DNA of 64,000 nt, taken from positions 736,001 to 800,000 of the forward strand of contig OZ252243.1 in the NCBI GenBank assembly GCA_965249555.1, given 5' to 3'. The notes beneath the pieces were generated by a model. That model saw nothing but the letters and a program-made list of their open reading frames with translations, was not told the DNA's origin and did not search any database. Numbering within the stretch: the first letter of the stretch is position 1; each line of letters starts with the position of its first letter. Position numbers and translations under genes: made by a program. This DNA comes from Nitrosopumilus sp. (lineage in GTDB: Archaea > Thermoproteota > Nitrososphaeria > Nitrososphaerales > Nitrosopumilaceae). Below, piece after piece: positions 40,591-49,963 of the stretch.

Positions 40591-40674
40591 CGCAGAGAGA
40601 GGGATTTGAACCCCCGTATGCTTGCGCACACAGGCTCTCAAGGCCCGCGCCCTACCGAGCTAGGCGACCTCTGC
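40591..40674 (-). tRNA. tRNA-Ser(TGA)
   Basis: GCAGAGG acceptor; anticodon arm CGGGC-CTTGAGA-GCCTG; long variable arm. Confidence 0.92.
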
Positions 40675-40745
40675 AAAAAATAGTGCAAAAAAGTGATTAA
40701 AATTTGTTGATGTAAAAATAAAAAATAGGAAAAAAGAAAGTTTCT

Positions 40746-41294
40746 CTAATCGTGAGCGTGCGGTCCGCCGCCACCGGATGGCATTTTAACATATGTGCCA
40801 TCTGCTTTCTCGTGCCATTCCAAGTTAGCCGCTTCAATACGAATTGCTCCCTGAGGACATATTTCTTGACATGCCATACAAATCGTACAATCATGTTCTC
40901 TGATTGGCTGTGATTTGTCTGAAGCATCTAATCTTTCAGTTGCCTCTGTAAGACCAGTACCTTCAAAGGTTGCATTCATACAGTCTGCTGCCGGAATGTC
41001 TTGTTCGGTTCTATACCATTGAAAAGTTTGGACAGGACATACGCCAAAGCACTCACCTGCTGCAATACATGAATCCCAGTCAACTGCGACAGTTGTTCCA
41101 TGAATTCCTAAAGGAACCATTTTTTCTCCATGTTCTTCATAGGCTGCTTTGACATCCTCATTTGAGAATGCTTTGCCGTTTGGATCTCCTTTGCCCCAGA
41201 TAAAGTGCTTATTTTCTCCATCTGAATGGCTGGTTTTTCCTACTGGCTTTACGTCATTTGTACAAAAATCTTCTGGTATTACTAAATCTACCAT
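40746..41294 (-). CDS. Dicluster ferredoxin (Zfx-like)
   Basis: CIAAGECFGVCP and CTICMACQEICP. Confidence 0.9.
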   Translation of the reverse strand: MVDLVIPEDFCTNDVKPVGKTSHSDGENKHFIWGKGDPNGKAFSNEDVKAAYEEHGEKMVPLGIHGTTVAVDWDSCIAAGECFGVCPVQTFQWYRTEQDIPAADCMNATFEGTGLTEATERLDASDKSQPIREHDCTICMACQEICPQGAIRIEAANLEWHEKADGTYVKMPSGGGGPHAHD

Positions 41295-41315
41295 ACTAGA
41301 ATTATTCTAGAATAT

Positions 41316-41327
41316 TATTTAAAGCTA
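41316..41327 (-). promoter_or_regulatory. TATA-box element of ferredoxin 1
   Basis: TAGCTTTAAATA about 22 bp before the ATG; identical 12-mer before ferredoxin 2. Confidence 0.65.
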
Positions 41328-41405
41328 GACAAAATTAGTCGCGACTAAATCAGATATTACATAGGAAAAATATTGGTTCTTTATTTGTGAGAATTCTCAG
41401 AATGC

Positions 41406-41927
<522 letters not shown>

Positions 41928-41937
41928 TTATAGATAA

Positions 41938-41949
41938 TATTTAAAGCTA
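41938..41949 (-). promoter_or_regulatory. TATA-box element of ferredoxin 2
   Basis: TAGCTTTAAATA about 23 bp before the ATG. Confidence 0.65.
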
Positions 41950-41959
41950 AGCCAGAATG

Positions 41960-43401
41960 GTATGAATCAAGCACTTAGATGTATTTTGCCATCTCAGAAA
42001 ACATGTTCAATTCCCTTATTCTCCATGTCTCAAAGCATGTGAGAAAGACTGAGATCATCCTCATGCCCTGATCACTCTTCATCTGCCCGCGAACATTCCT
42101 CTGCATCACGCACTTTCGAATGGAATTCTCTGCATCATTGTTAGTTGACGGGACATCGCCATCCATGACAAACGTAAACATGCTGTTCCTTGCAGTCTTT
42201 AGCTTCTTGCCAAACTGAACCATCTCCATATCACCTTTCAAATATCGTGCAATGATACGGTCTAGCTGTTTTAGTAAATCATCCCTGTACGTTTCCCGCC
42301 GTTTTGTATGACGATTACCTACACTCCAAACCCTGGCATGACCTAGCATATCTGAGAGTTTCTCGTATAGAATCCTTGCCTTTTTGTCCTGTGATTTTAT
42401 TGCCAGATATTTGGCATCGCGCTGCAGGTGTGCAGTGCATCTCTGCTTTGTGTTATCACAAAATACTGTCCTGTACGGAGCATATCCGTCAGACACTAGG
42501 GTTCCTTTGAATTTCTTCCAGTACTTTTTTAGAACATTGGCACCTCTGCTGTACTCCAAGGCATACTGTGCACTAGTCTTGCTTCTTGCAACCCACATCC
42601 ATCCAGTATTTCCATCAATTGAAAATCCTGTCTCATCGATTCCGAGAATATTTTCAGTCACGATTTCGCTGTGGATTGTATTGTAAAATGACTCTAACAT
42701 CACACTACCGTTGCGAAGAATGGATTGTACGGTTGTATTGCTGATTTCTAATCCATATCTTTCATAGAGTGTGGTTCTGATAGCATCGTATGTCAATCTC
42801 TTTGAGAACAGTGAGACGACCTCACGTATCACTGAACCATCAAAACATCCATGTAGTGGAAGGTTTCCCGTGGTTTGAAAATTATCAGAACAGTCCATGC
42901 AGATGTATTGATTCAAAACATGCTCAGTTATACCGTAGGGTGTTGGTGGAGGAATCTCAACCATTATCCTTTTGCAGGTTTTGGTTTGATGAATATTTTC
43001 ACTACCGCATTTGGGACATGCATCTGATCTGTGGTGTTTGGTGCTAGTTGGTCTGAATTTCTGTGTCTTGCCAACGTGTCCTGCTATTCCACCACGTCTT
43101 GATTTGCCTGGCTGTCTGTGTTGTCTTTTTTGCTTTCTCCATTCAAGGGAATTCTTTGATGGCGGAGAGTGTGCATTCTCATAATATGACAGCTTTTTTT
43201 GCAGTTCCTTGTTTGATTCTATGAGATTTTCTATGATTAGCGGTAGTTGTTTTAACTTTTCTTGCAGTTGTTTTATCTCTGCTTGTAGCTGTATGATGAT
43301 TTTCTCATGACCACAACCTGACATGTTTTGTATGATGATTTAGTTGATCTTAGATCTTTTTGTGTAATGATATTGATTTGTGCGTGAAGGTTGATACATA
43401 C
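41960..43401 (-). mobile_element. IS66-family insertion sequence, single-ORF type, 1442 bp
   Basis: 8-bp direct repeat CCAGAATG at 41952-41959 and 43402-43409; terminal IRs GTATGAATCAAGC / GTATGTATCAACC. Confidence 0.9.
41975..43324 (-). CDS. IS66-family DDE transposase
   Basis: Coiled coil, HSPPS, GGIAGHVG, CPKCG, IDETG, SDGYAPY, QRCTAHLQR, TNNDAENSIR. Confidence 0.93.
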   Translation of the reverse strand: MSGCGHEKIIIQLQAEIKQLQEKLKQLPLIIENLIESNKELQKKLSYYENAHSPPSKNSLEWRKQKRQHRQPGKSRRGGIAGHVGKTQKFRPTSTKHHRSDACPKCGSENIHQTKTCKRIMVEIPPPTPYGITEHVLNQYICMDCSDNFQTTGNLPLHGCFDGSVIREVVSLFSKRLTYDAIRTTLYERYGLEISNTTVQSILRNGSVMLESFYNTIHSEIVTENILGIDETGFSIDGNTGWMWVARSKTSAQYALEYSRGANVLKKYWKKFKGTLVSDGYAPYRTVFCDNTKQRCTAHLQRDAKYLAIKSQDKKARILYEKLSDMLGHARVWSVGNRHTKRRETYRDDLLKQLDRIIARYLKGDMEMVQFGKKLKTARNSMFTFVMDGDVPSTNNDAENSIRKCVMQRNVRGQMKSDQGMRMISVFLTCFETWRIRELNMFSEMAKYI

Positions 43402-43495
43402 CCAGAATGAATAACAGTCTGCCAGTCAGTGTGAGATCAATTACATAGGAGTAATTTCCTTACGTTCATAACGATCTACGATCAATTCCGGTGAT

Positions 43496-44161
43496 ATGGA
43501 TATTTTCAAATTTGATGTGTATAGGGGTCCTAATCTTGGAGTATACATCAGTGTTAATGATAATACGATTCTAGTTCCAATGGGTTATGCCAAATCCAAA
43601 GCAGAAAAACTTGAAGAATATCTTGATGCAGAGGTTTTATTCACATCAGTTGCAAACACCAGACTAATTGGAATATTATCTGTAATGAACAACAAAGGAA
43701 TTCTACTTCCAAAGACTGCATATCAGGATGAATACGATTTTCTGAAAAATGAGACTGACTTGGAAGTTGGTGTACTTGATTCAAAATTTACCGCATTAGG
43801 AAATGTAATTTGTGCAAATGACAAGGGAGCAGTTGTATCTCCTTGGTTGTCAGATAAGGATTGCCAGACCATCAAAGATGTGCTAGGAGTTGAGGTGATT
43901 CAGAAAAGAATTGCAGGATTCAACCAAACAGGAGTAGTCCTTGTTGCAAATAATTCTGGTGCTGCTATCCATCCGGAAGCCGATGAGGAAGACATGAAGA
44001 CATTTTCTAATCTGCTAGGCGTAAGAATAGAGCAGAGCTCAATTAATAATGGAACACCATATGTCTCATCTGGAATTCTTGCAAATAACCATGCTCTAGT
44101 TGTTGGGTCATTAACTACGGGTCCCGAGATTATGATGTTAACTAGGGCTTTTCTAAATTAA
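43496..44161 (+). CDS. eif6: Translation initiation factor aIF6
   Basis: PNLGVY, ALGNVICAND, GSLTTGPE. Confidence 0.93.
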   Translation: MDIFKFDVYRGPNLGVYISVNDNTILVPMGYAKSKAEKLEEYLDAEVLFTSVANTRLIGILSVMNNKGILLPKTAYQDEYDFLKNETDLEVGVLDSKFTALGNVICANDKGAVVSPWLSDKDCQTIKDVLGVEVIQKRIAGFNQTGVVLVANNSGAAIHPEADEEDMKTFSNLLGVRIEQSSINNGTPYVSSGILANNHALVVGSLTTGPEIMMLTRAFLN

Positions 44162-45422
44162 GAATAGAGTTTGGGTCTTCGGTAAGTTTCTCCAAAGATA
44201 TTATTTCTTCTGCTCCGTCATTCATGTCACGCAGTACGACATTTCCTTGCTCCAGTTCCTTTGGTCCAACAATAATTGAGAATCTTGCATTTGTTGCAAT
44301 CTCCATCTGTCTTTTTAGATTACGTCCTGCCAAATCAATGTCAGTTGGGATGTTTGCCAATCTTAGTAGTGATGCGATGGATAGTGCAACTTTTTGCATC
44401 TCATCATTAATGTACAATACTGCAACGCGCTTTTGTGTTACTTTGGGAACTATTCCTTGCTCATCCATTGTTAGTATGATTCTCTCCACACCACCTGCAA
44501 CTCCAGTTGCACCAATGTCTTTCCTGCCAAATGCCTTGGTTAGAGAGTCGTATCTACCACCACCAGCAAGTGCTCCCAGTGTAGAGTTTTTATCAAATAC
44601 CTCAAAGACAACACCAGAATAGTAATCCAATCCCCGAACTATGCCAAAATTAATTCTAACATTTGAGACTCCGCGATTCTCTAAGGAGTCAATTAACAAT
44701 TTTAGTTCATCCCAAGACTCTAGCTGTGATACATCAAATGCCTTTTCTACTTCAGAAATGGTTCCCTTGATTTGTGAGAACTCTAGAATCTTTTCTAGCT
44801 TGTCTGTGTCATATCTGTCTTTGAACTCATTTAGGATATCGTCTTTTGATTTTTTTGCAATCTTATCTACTGCTCTTAGGATATCTGCCACCAGTGTTGT
44901 ATCTATAGAGTCAAAGATTTTGTTAATATAGGATTCTACAAGATTTCTATGGTTAATGTCAATTGTAATATTTTTGAGCAACAGTGAATCAAATAGTCTG
45001 GATGTCAACTCTATAACTTCGGCTTCAGATTCCAGGGTTGGTTTTCCGTAAATTTCAATATCCCACTGATGAAAGTAGCGATATCGTCCCTTTTGAGGCT
45101 CGTCGTATCGAAATACTCCTCCAAAACTAGAGATTTTTGCTGGGAGTTTCATTGATTTTTGAGCAGCGGCGTATCTGGTTAATCCAATTGTAAAGTCAAA
45201 TCGTAGTGCTACATCTCTGTCTCCTTTATCTTTGAAATAGTAAATTTCATCTTTGATTGCAGGACCTGACTTGGTTTCAAGTACTGATAGTAACTCGATT
45301 GGGGATGGATCCATAAATGAAAACCCGTACAGATTTGATAGTTGCTTGAAATGATACCTGATATGCTCAATGTTTGCAGTCTCTGCTCCTTCAAAGTCCT
45401 TCATTCCGCGTGGTAATTCCAA
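44142..45422 (-). CDS. hisS: Histidyl-tRNA synthetase
   Basis: PRGMKD, FRYDEPQKGRYR, VRGLDYY, GGGRYD. Confidence 0.96.
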   Translation of the reverse strand: MELPRGMKDFEGAETANIEHIRYHFKQLSNLYGFSFMDPSPIELLSVLETKSGPAIKDEIYYFKDKGDRDVALRFDFTIGLTRYAAAQKSMKLPAKISSFGGVFRYDEPQKGRYRYFHQWDIEIYGKPTLESEAEVIELTSRLFDSLLLKNITIDINHRNLVESYINKIFDSIDTTLVADILRAVDKIAKKSKDDILNEFKDRYDTDKLEKILEFSQIKGTISEVEKAFDVSQLESWDELKLLIDSLENRGVSNVRINFGIVRGLDYYSGVVFEVFDKNSTLGALAGGGRYDSLTKAFGRKDIGATGVAGGVERIILTMDEQGIVPKVTQKRVAVLYINDEMQKVALSIASLLRLANIPTDIDLAGRNLKRQMEIATNARFSIIVGPKELEQGNVVLRDMNDGAEEIISLEKLTEDPNSILNLEKP

Positions 45423-45913
45423 GATGATTCTGTGTGTAATGATTAGGATTTAGATTTTACTAAATTTGGTGAAAGTATTTACTAGACTTTTAGAGAACAT
45501 ATGATTTGATCATTAAATTAAAATGCTTTGAAGAAATAATTGTATCATCTAAAAAATTATCAGATAAATTTTGACACTGATGAATTATGCGTAAACACAT
45601 TGTGATTATACGGCATAATCGTCATGGTGGATGTTCTAATTGTTGGGATTGTTAAAGAACGAGGATGTATCATTGCATTTGTGATCAATGGTGGGTTGTA
45701 CGATAAAGACGATGTGGTATCAACCATATTGTTAGACAAGATGATGGATGGGAACATGTTTACATATTTGTTGAAGGTTATACAAAAGCCAGAGTTTTGT
45801 AAAAACATCATACACTGGAACCAGTTTTCTATGTACTCCTCCTGATGGGATACTGAAAAACAACCTCGGTGAACTTCCTCAGCATTGATTTTTGAGTCTG
45901 CTTCAAACCAAAA

Positions 45914-46390
45914 CTAGACTATTTTTGGATCCAAAAATACATTCAAAAGATAAACTAACAAAATAATAGAAATCCATGCAAATTTCCCCATTTCTGCAGC
46001 ACCAAACCCAAGTGCTTCTAATTCAAGTGGTACTTTCATTTTATCATATGTTGAAAATTTCCTGATGGCTTCTAAGGCATGTTCGTGAGGGTATAGATTA
46101 TGAGCATAAAGATTTCGAATTTCATTTAAAATTTTTAAATCTCGATTGTAGGTTTCATCGATTAACCCTAACTCAAACAAACGCTGTTGTTTTGTTGCAA
46201 ATCCATCCTTACTATAATCTTCAGAAATCTGATGTAAAATCCCGTTGAAGAACTCTTCGGCCTATAGATGTGTGCGCATAATCTGACCAATCAAATCAGA
46301 AGTCTCAGTAATTGAATTCATTACAATCAACATTGCATCTTTTGGTTCCATGGATTTCCATGATTTGATTATTTCATCTGGAGTTGTCAT
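45914..46390 (-). pseudogene. HEPN/MtlR-like protein interrupted by one in-frame TAG
   Basis: MTTPDEIIK...IMRTHL*AEEFFN...FATKQQRLFELGLID...LNEIRNLYAH; TAG at 46262-46264. Confidence 0.65.
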
Positions 46391-46454
46391 GGTTTTTCTC
46401 ATTTTGTAGGATCATGATGTCTCTAAAGCCATATGATCAAGTTTTTCAATAATT

Positions 46455-46976
46455 TCATTTAGAATTTTGTTTGGTAATATCTTTATCTAAAAAATGTTTT
46501 ATAAGTATGAAAATTTGACATGTGAACAAAATCATCGCAATAACAAGAAAGATTACTAAGCTTAGATGTATATTTTCAAAGTGCTCATCTGCGGATTTAC
46601 CTTCTATTTCATTTGAACGTACAATCAAATCAATATTGTCTTCTTTCTCTTCACTGTCTACATAAAAAAATGCTCTGTCTTTTGGATACATGTGTGATAT
46701 GTGGTATATTTTTTGATCATGATTTGTGTAATTTGTGATTATTTCTCCAGACAGTTTTGTATGATTGATATAATTGATTGTCAATTTCTGATTTGGATCA
46801 AATTCTATAGTTACATCGGTTGCTTGTTTGAAACCAACATTTTGGATTGTTAGATATGTTGCATCCCCATAGTATATCAGCGTAGGTGTAAGGGGTGAAG
46901 CAAAAATCCACAAAATGACACTGATTAATCCACTTATTCCAAGTAGCGTGATATTCTTTTTTGTACTTTTTTTCAC
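46455..46976 (-). CDS. Hypothetical membrane protein (N- and C-terminal TM)
   Basis: 173-aa ORF with hydrophobic ends and beta-rich middle. Confidence 0.7.
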   Translation of the reverse strand: MKKSTKKNITLLGISGLISVILWIFASPLTPTLIYYGDATYLTIQNVGFKQATDVTIEFDPNQKLTINYINHTKLSGEIITNYTNHDQKIYHISHMYPKDRAFFYVDSEEKEDNIDLIVRSNEIEGKSADEHFENIHLSLVIFLVIAMILFTCQIFILIKHFLDKDITKQNSK

Positions 46977-47255
46977 ATGTTTAGAAAATATTTGAACTAA
47001 ATAAGTTTTCTAATTTACCTGTGAAGAGTAAAAATGTGGATCAGTCAAAATTTGAACATTGAAAACTCTCAAGATGCAGTTAAAACATGCTGATGAACGA
47101 TTAGCAATACTTGAATCGGAATTATCCAATTTCAAAACTACTCGAATACAAAAAATACACATCCTAAATTGTTAGATGTTAACACTAAATTTTATATCTA
47201 AATTCATACAAGTATGAATGAACTAGTTATAAATTCGTCATAATATAATAATGAC

Positions 47256-48731
47256 ATGCCTACATCAAATGCATGTCAGTACAATCATGACTATTACTCT
47301 TCAATTTTAAAAAAAATTATTCCTTTCAAATGTGTACATAATCCCCTTTCCTCTGGTTACTGTATCTTTCATGATGAAGATTATTTAATTGGGCATGAAG
47401 ATGAAATTCGTGAATTTGTTGAAAATTATTTAGAGGAATGCCAACAACGTGGATTGCCATTTGAATGTGTAGGATATCATTTACCTGAACTAGATTTTGA
47501 AGATACTCGATTTTTAATTTCTGTTAATTTTACAGATGCTAAATTTTATGGGGAAGTTATATTCGATAATTCAGAATTTACTCAATATTCTGATTTTTCA
47601 CATGCTACTTTTTTTGAAACTGCCGGATTCACTAATACTCTATTTTTAGATGATCTGAATTTTAATTATGTGCCACAGGCTAAAAATATTTTATTTAGAT
47701 ATAGTAAATTTAAGAAAAAAACTGATTTTAGATATTCGCATATTAAAAATGGCTCATTCTTTCATTGTGAATTTGAACATGTGGATTTTTCTGAATGTCA
47801 CTTTTACACTTCTATTAGTTTCGCTTCTAATTATTTTCATAATAGGACTGATTTTACTGGTTGTATTTTTGATGATAAAGTATATTTCTCGTCATCACAA
47901 TTTTCTGAAGAATTGATATTTGACAAGCCTGAGTTACACGATAAATGTATGCTACAAAATGTTGTTTTTCTAAAACCTAAATCTGTCTATGTTGCAGGGG
48001 ATTTATCATGGGTTTCTTTTTTAAATACTGATTTATCCAGAATACATTTTGGAAATTATTTAATTTGGAATAACACTGCAAAAGATTCTAAATTCCAAAA
48101 TCAACAATTTATTATTTATGATGAAAAATTATTGGATGACGATGTTGAAAGTGGATTAGAATTAAATGCTGTTTTAGATGTATATCGAAATTTACGTGAA
48201 AATTTTGATTATTATTTGAGATATGATGATGCTGGTGATTTCTTTATTCGTGAAATGGAATTAAAACGTAAGTATAAACAATCTGCCAATAAAATTGGAA
48301 AACAAACATCAAAAAAAAATTGGGTAATTAGTAGATTTTCCATTATGGGGTGGTATGGTTTAATTTCTCAGTATGGTCATTCATTATCTAGATCCTTTTC
48401 TTCTTCATTGATTGTTTTTTCATTTTTTGTAGTTTTCTTTGGAACTAGTAATTTTTGCAATGTGGATTACTCTACTTGGCACTTAGATGTTTCTTCATCT
48501 TGGTACTGGGATTTTTCTTCATCTTGGTACTTAGAACCAATTGTGAACTGTAAGTTACTACCATTGGACTTTGCTTTACAGAGAGCATTTTCTGGATTTT
48601 TTCCCTTCTATTCCTCAAATCCTGAAGATCTGGAGTTGTCTGATATTCTTTTACGTGTGATATTATTGCCAATTTCGGGTTCTTTCTTTATTTCGCTTAA
48701 AAGAAAACTTGAACGTAAATTCAGACATTGA
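47256..48731 (+). CDS. Pentapeptide-repeat membrane protein
   Basis: N-terminal YCIFH, FxxxxF repeats, YRNLRENF..AGDFFIREMELKRK, YGHSLSR, C-terminal TMs. Confidence 0.85.
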   Translation: MPTSNACQYNHDYYSSILKKIIPFKCVHNPLSSGYCIFHDEDYLIGHEDEIREFVENYLEECQQRGLPFECVGYHLPELDFEDTRFLISVNFTDAKFYGEVIFDNSEFTQYSDFSHATFFETAGFTNTLFLDDLNFNYVPQAKNILFRYSKFKKKTDFRYSHIKNGSFFHCEFEHVDFSECHFYTSISFASNYFHNRTDFTGCIFDDKVYFSSSQFSEELIFDKPELHDKCMLQNVVFLKPKSVYVAGDLSWVSFLNTDLSRIHFGNYLIWNNTAKDSKFQNQQFIIYDEKLLDDDVESGLELNAVLDVYRNLRENFDYYLRYDDAGDFFIREMELKRKYKQSANKIGKQTSKKNWVISRFSIMGWYGLISQYGHSLSRSFSSSLIVFSFFVVFFGTSNFCNVDYSTWHLDVSSSWYWDFSSSWYLEPIVNCKLLPLDFALQRAFSGFFPFYSSNPEDLELSDILLRVILLPISGSFFISLKRKLERKFRH

Positions 48732-48766
48732 GGTAGATTTATCCAATAGATTGTATTAAAAAAATA

Positions 48767-49960
48767 ATGGTTAAAACCAACGATCCCATATTTTTGGAGG
48801 CAAAAAAAGAATTTGGAAAGAAAACCTCTGTTGCATTTATTGGAAGAACATATGATGGTAAAACAGTTGCGTCCACTTTACTGTATGATGCAATTTTTAA
48901 TCATTTTTATCCAAAAAATAAAGATAAAGTAAATGTTCGACCTATATTTGGTACAGACAAATTAGTGACAGATCATAAACGCATGTTTCTCAAAGGACGT
49001 TTTCCAGCGCCAACTCTTCCTGGTTCAAAATTACAAATTGTTGTTAGAATTGCAAGCAAATCTAGTTTTGGGCCGAAAATTGATTTAATGTTAAAAGATG
49101 CTTCTGGAGAAGATTTGATGAAAATTTTACGAAAAGGTGACAAGACTGATGAAGAACTACTAACACTTGTGTTGAATGAAGGTCTTTCTGACTCTGAATC
49201 CTATGGCCCTTTAAGCTATTTGCCTTTTGTCGAATTATATGTACTTTTAATTGATTGTGAAACTCATAAGGATTGGATTAGTGAACAATACAATTATGCA
49301 AAAATCATTAATTCTATTAACCAATTAAAAACAATAACTAAAGAAGTAGACAAGCAAGGACGTTTTAAATCTGCAATTGCCATAGTTTTCACTAAAGTAG
49401 ATAAATTGCCCCCTGATATTCTAAAACCCCAAGGTAAGAAAATATCTGCTAAAGAAATCGTGGCAAATAAGTTACTTGCTTTAGAATCTACTTTATCTGA
49501 TAGTCATGATGGCAAAGTCGGTTATTTTATGATGAGTGTTAACAATGTACATGAAGCATCTCCTGAAGAAGCAAGTGAAATTGCCCTTGAAGAATCCGAA
49601 GAATTATCGTCACAAATAGAAGATTCAGAATTAGAAGAAAGAGAAATAGCAAAACGCATGATTGAACAAAAAATTGATGAACGCGTTCAAAAAGTGATTA
49701 GTAAAATTCGACAACAACGAATCGCCGAAGGACATCCTGTAGATGTTGCAGAAAAACATGCACAGACTGCAGGTAATGTTGAATTAGAAATAGCAAAAGA
49801 AGAGTTAACTATTGATGAAGAATTCATTGCAAAACAAAACATATTGGATAAACTCAGAAATCCTGATAAGAAACACTATACGATCTTACTCCCATTAAAA
49901 TACAGTTCAAGAGAATACATCAGGTTTATTTCATGGATGCATGAAGTATTGACAGAATAA
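48767..49960 (+). CDS. TRAFAC-class GTPase (double-GTPase/GAP1-system type)
   Basis: G1 GRTYDGKT, G2 PAPT, G3 DASGE, LLID, G4 FTKVD. Confidence 0.82.
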   Translation: MVKTNDPIFLEAKKEFGKKTSVAFIGRTYDGKTVASTLLYDAIFNHFYPKNKDKVNVRPIFGTDKLVTDHKRMFLKGRFPAPTLPGSKLQIVVRIASKSSFGPKIDLMLKDASGEDLMKILRKGDKTDEELLTLVLNEGLSDSESYGPLSYLPFVELYVLLIDCETHKDWISEQYNYAKIINSINQLKTITKEVDKQGRFKSAIAIVFTKVDKLPPDILKPQGKKISAKEIVANKLLALESTLSDSHDGKVGYFMMSVNNVHEASPEEASEIALEESEELSSQIEDSELEEREIAKRMIEQKIDERVQKVISKIRQQRIAEGHPVDVAEKHAQTAGNVELEIAKEELTIDEEFIAKQNILDKLRNPDKKHYTILLPLKYSSREYIRFISWMHEVLTE

Positions 49961-49963
49961 TTC

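Noticed and set aside
43433-43463. GATCAATTAC / GTAATTTCCTTAC as a canonical IS66 GTAA end
   Set aside because: No matching partner at the other end; the TSD and IR place the boundary at 43401
45560-45845. Overlapping 83-aa and 73-aa ORFs at the island edge
   Set aside because: No recognisable motif; probably debris, and the coding strand cannot be chosen
46262-46264. Amber codon as pyrrolysine or programmed read-through
   Set aside because: No pyl genes are seen and TAG is a normal stop for many genes here; a nonsense mutation is simpler
47030-47175. Short coiled-coil fragment (LKMQLKHADERLAILESEL), possibly an integrase tail
   Set aside because: Too short and generic to support
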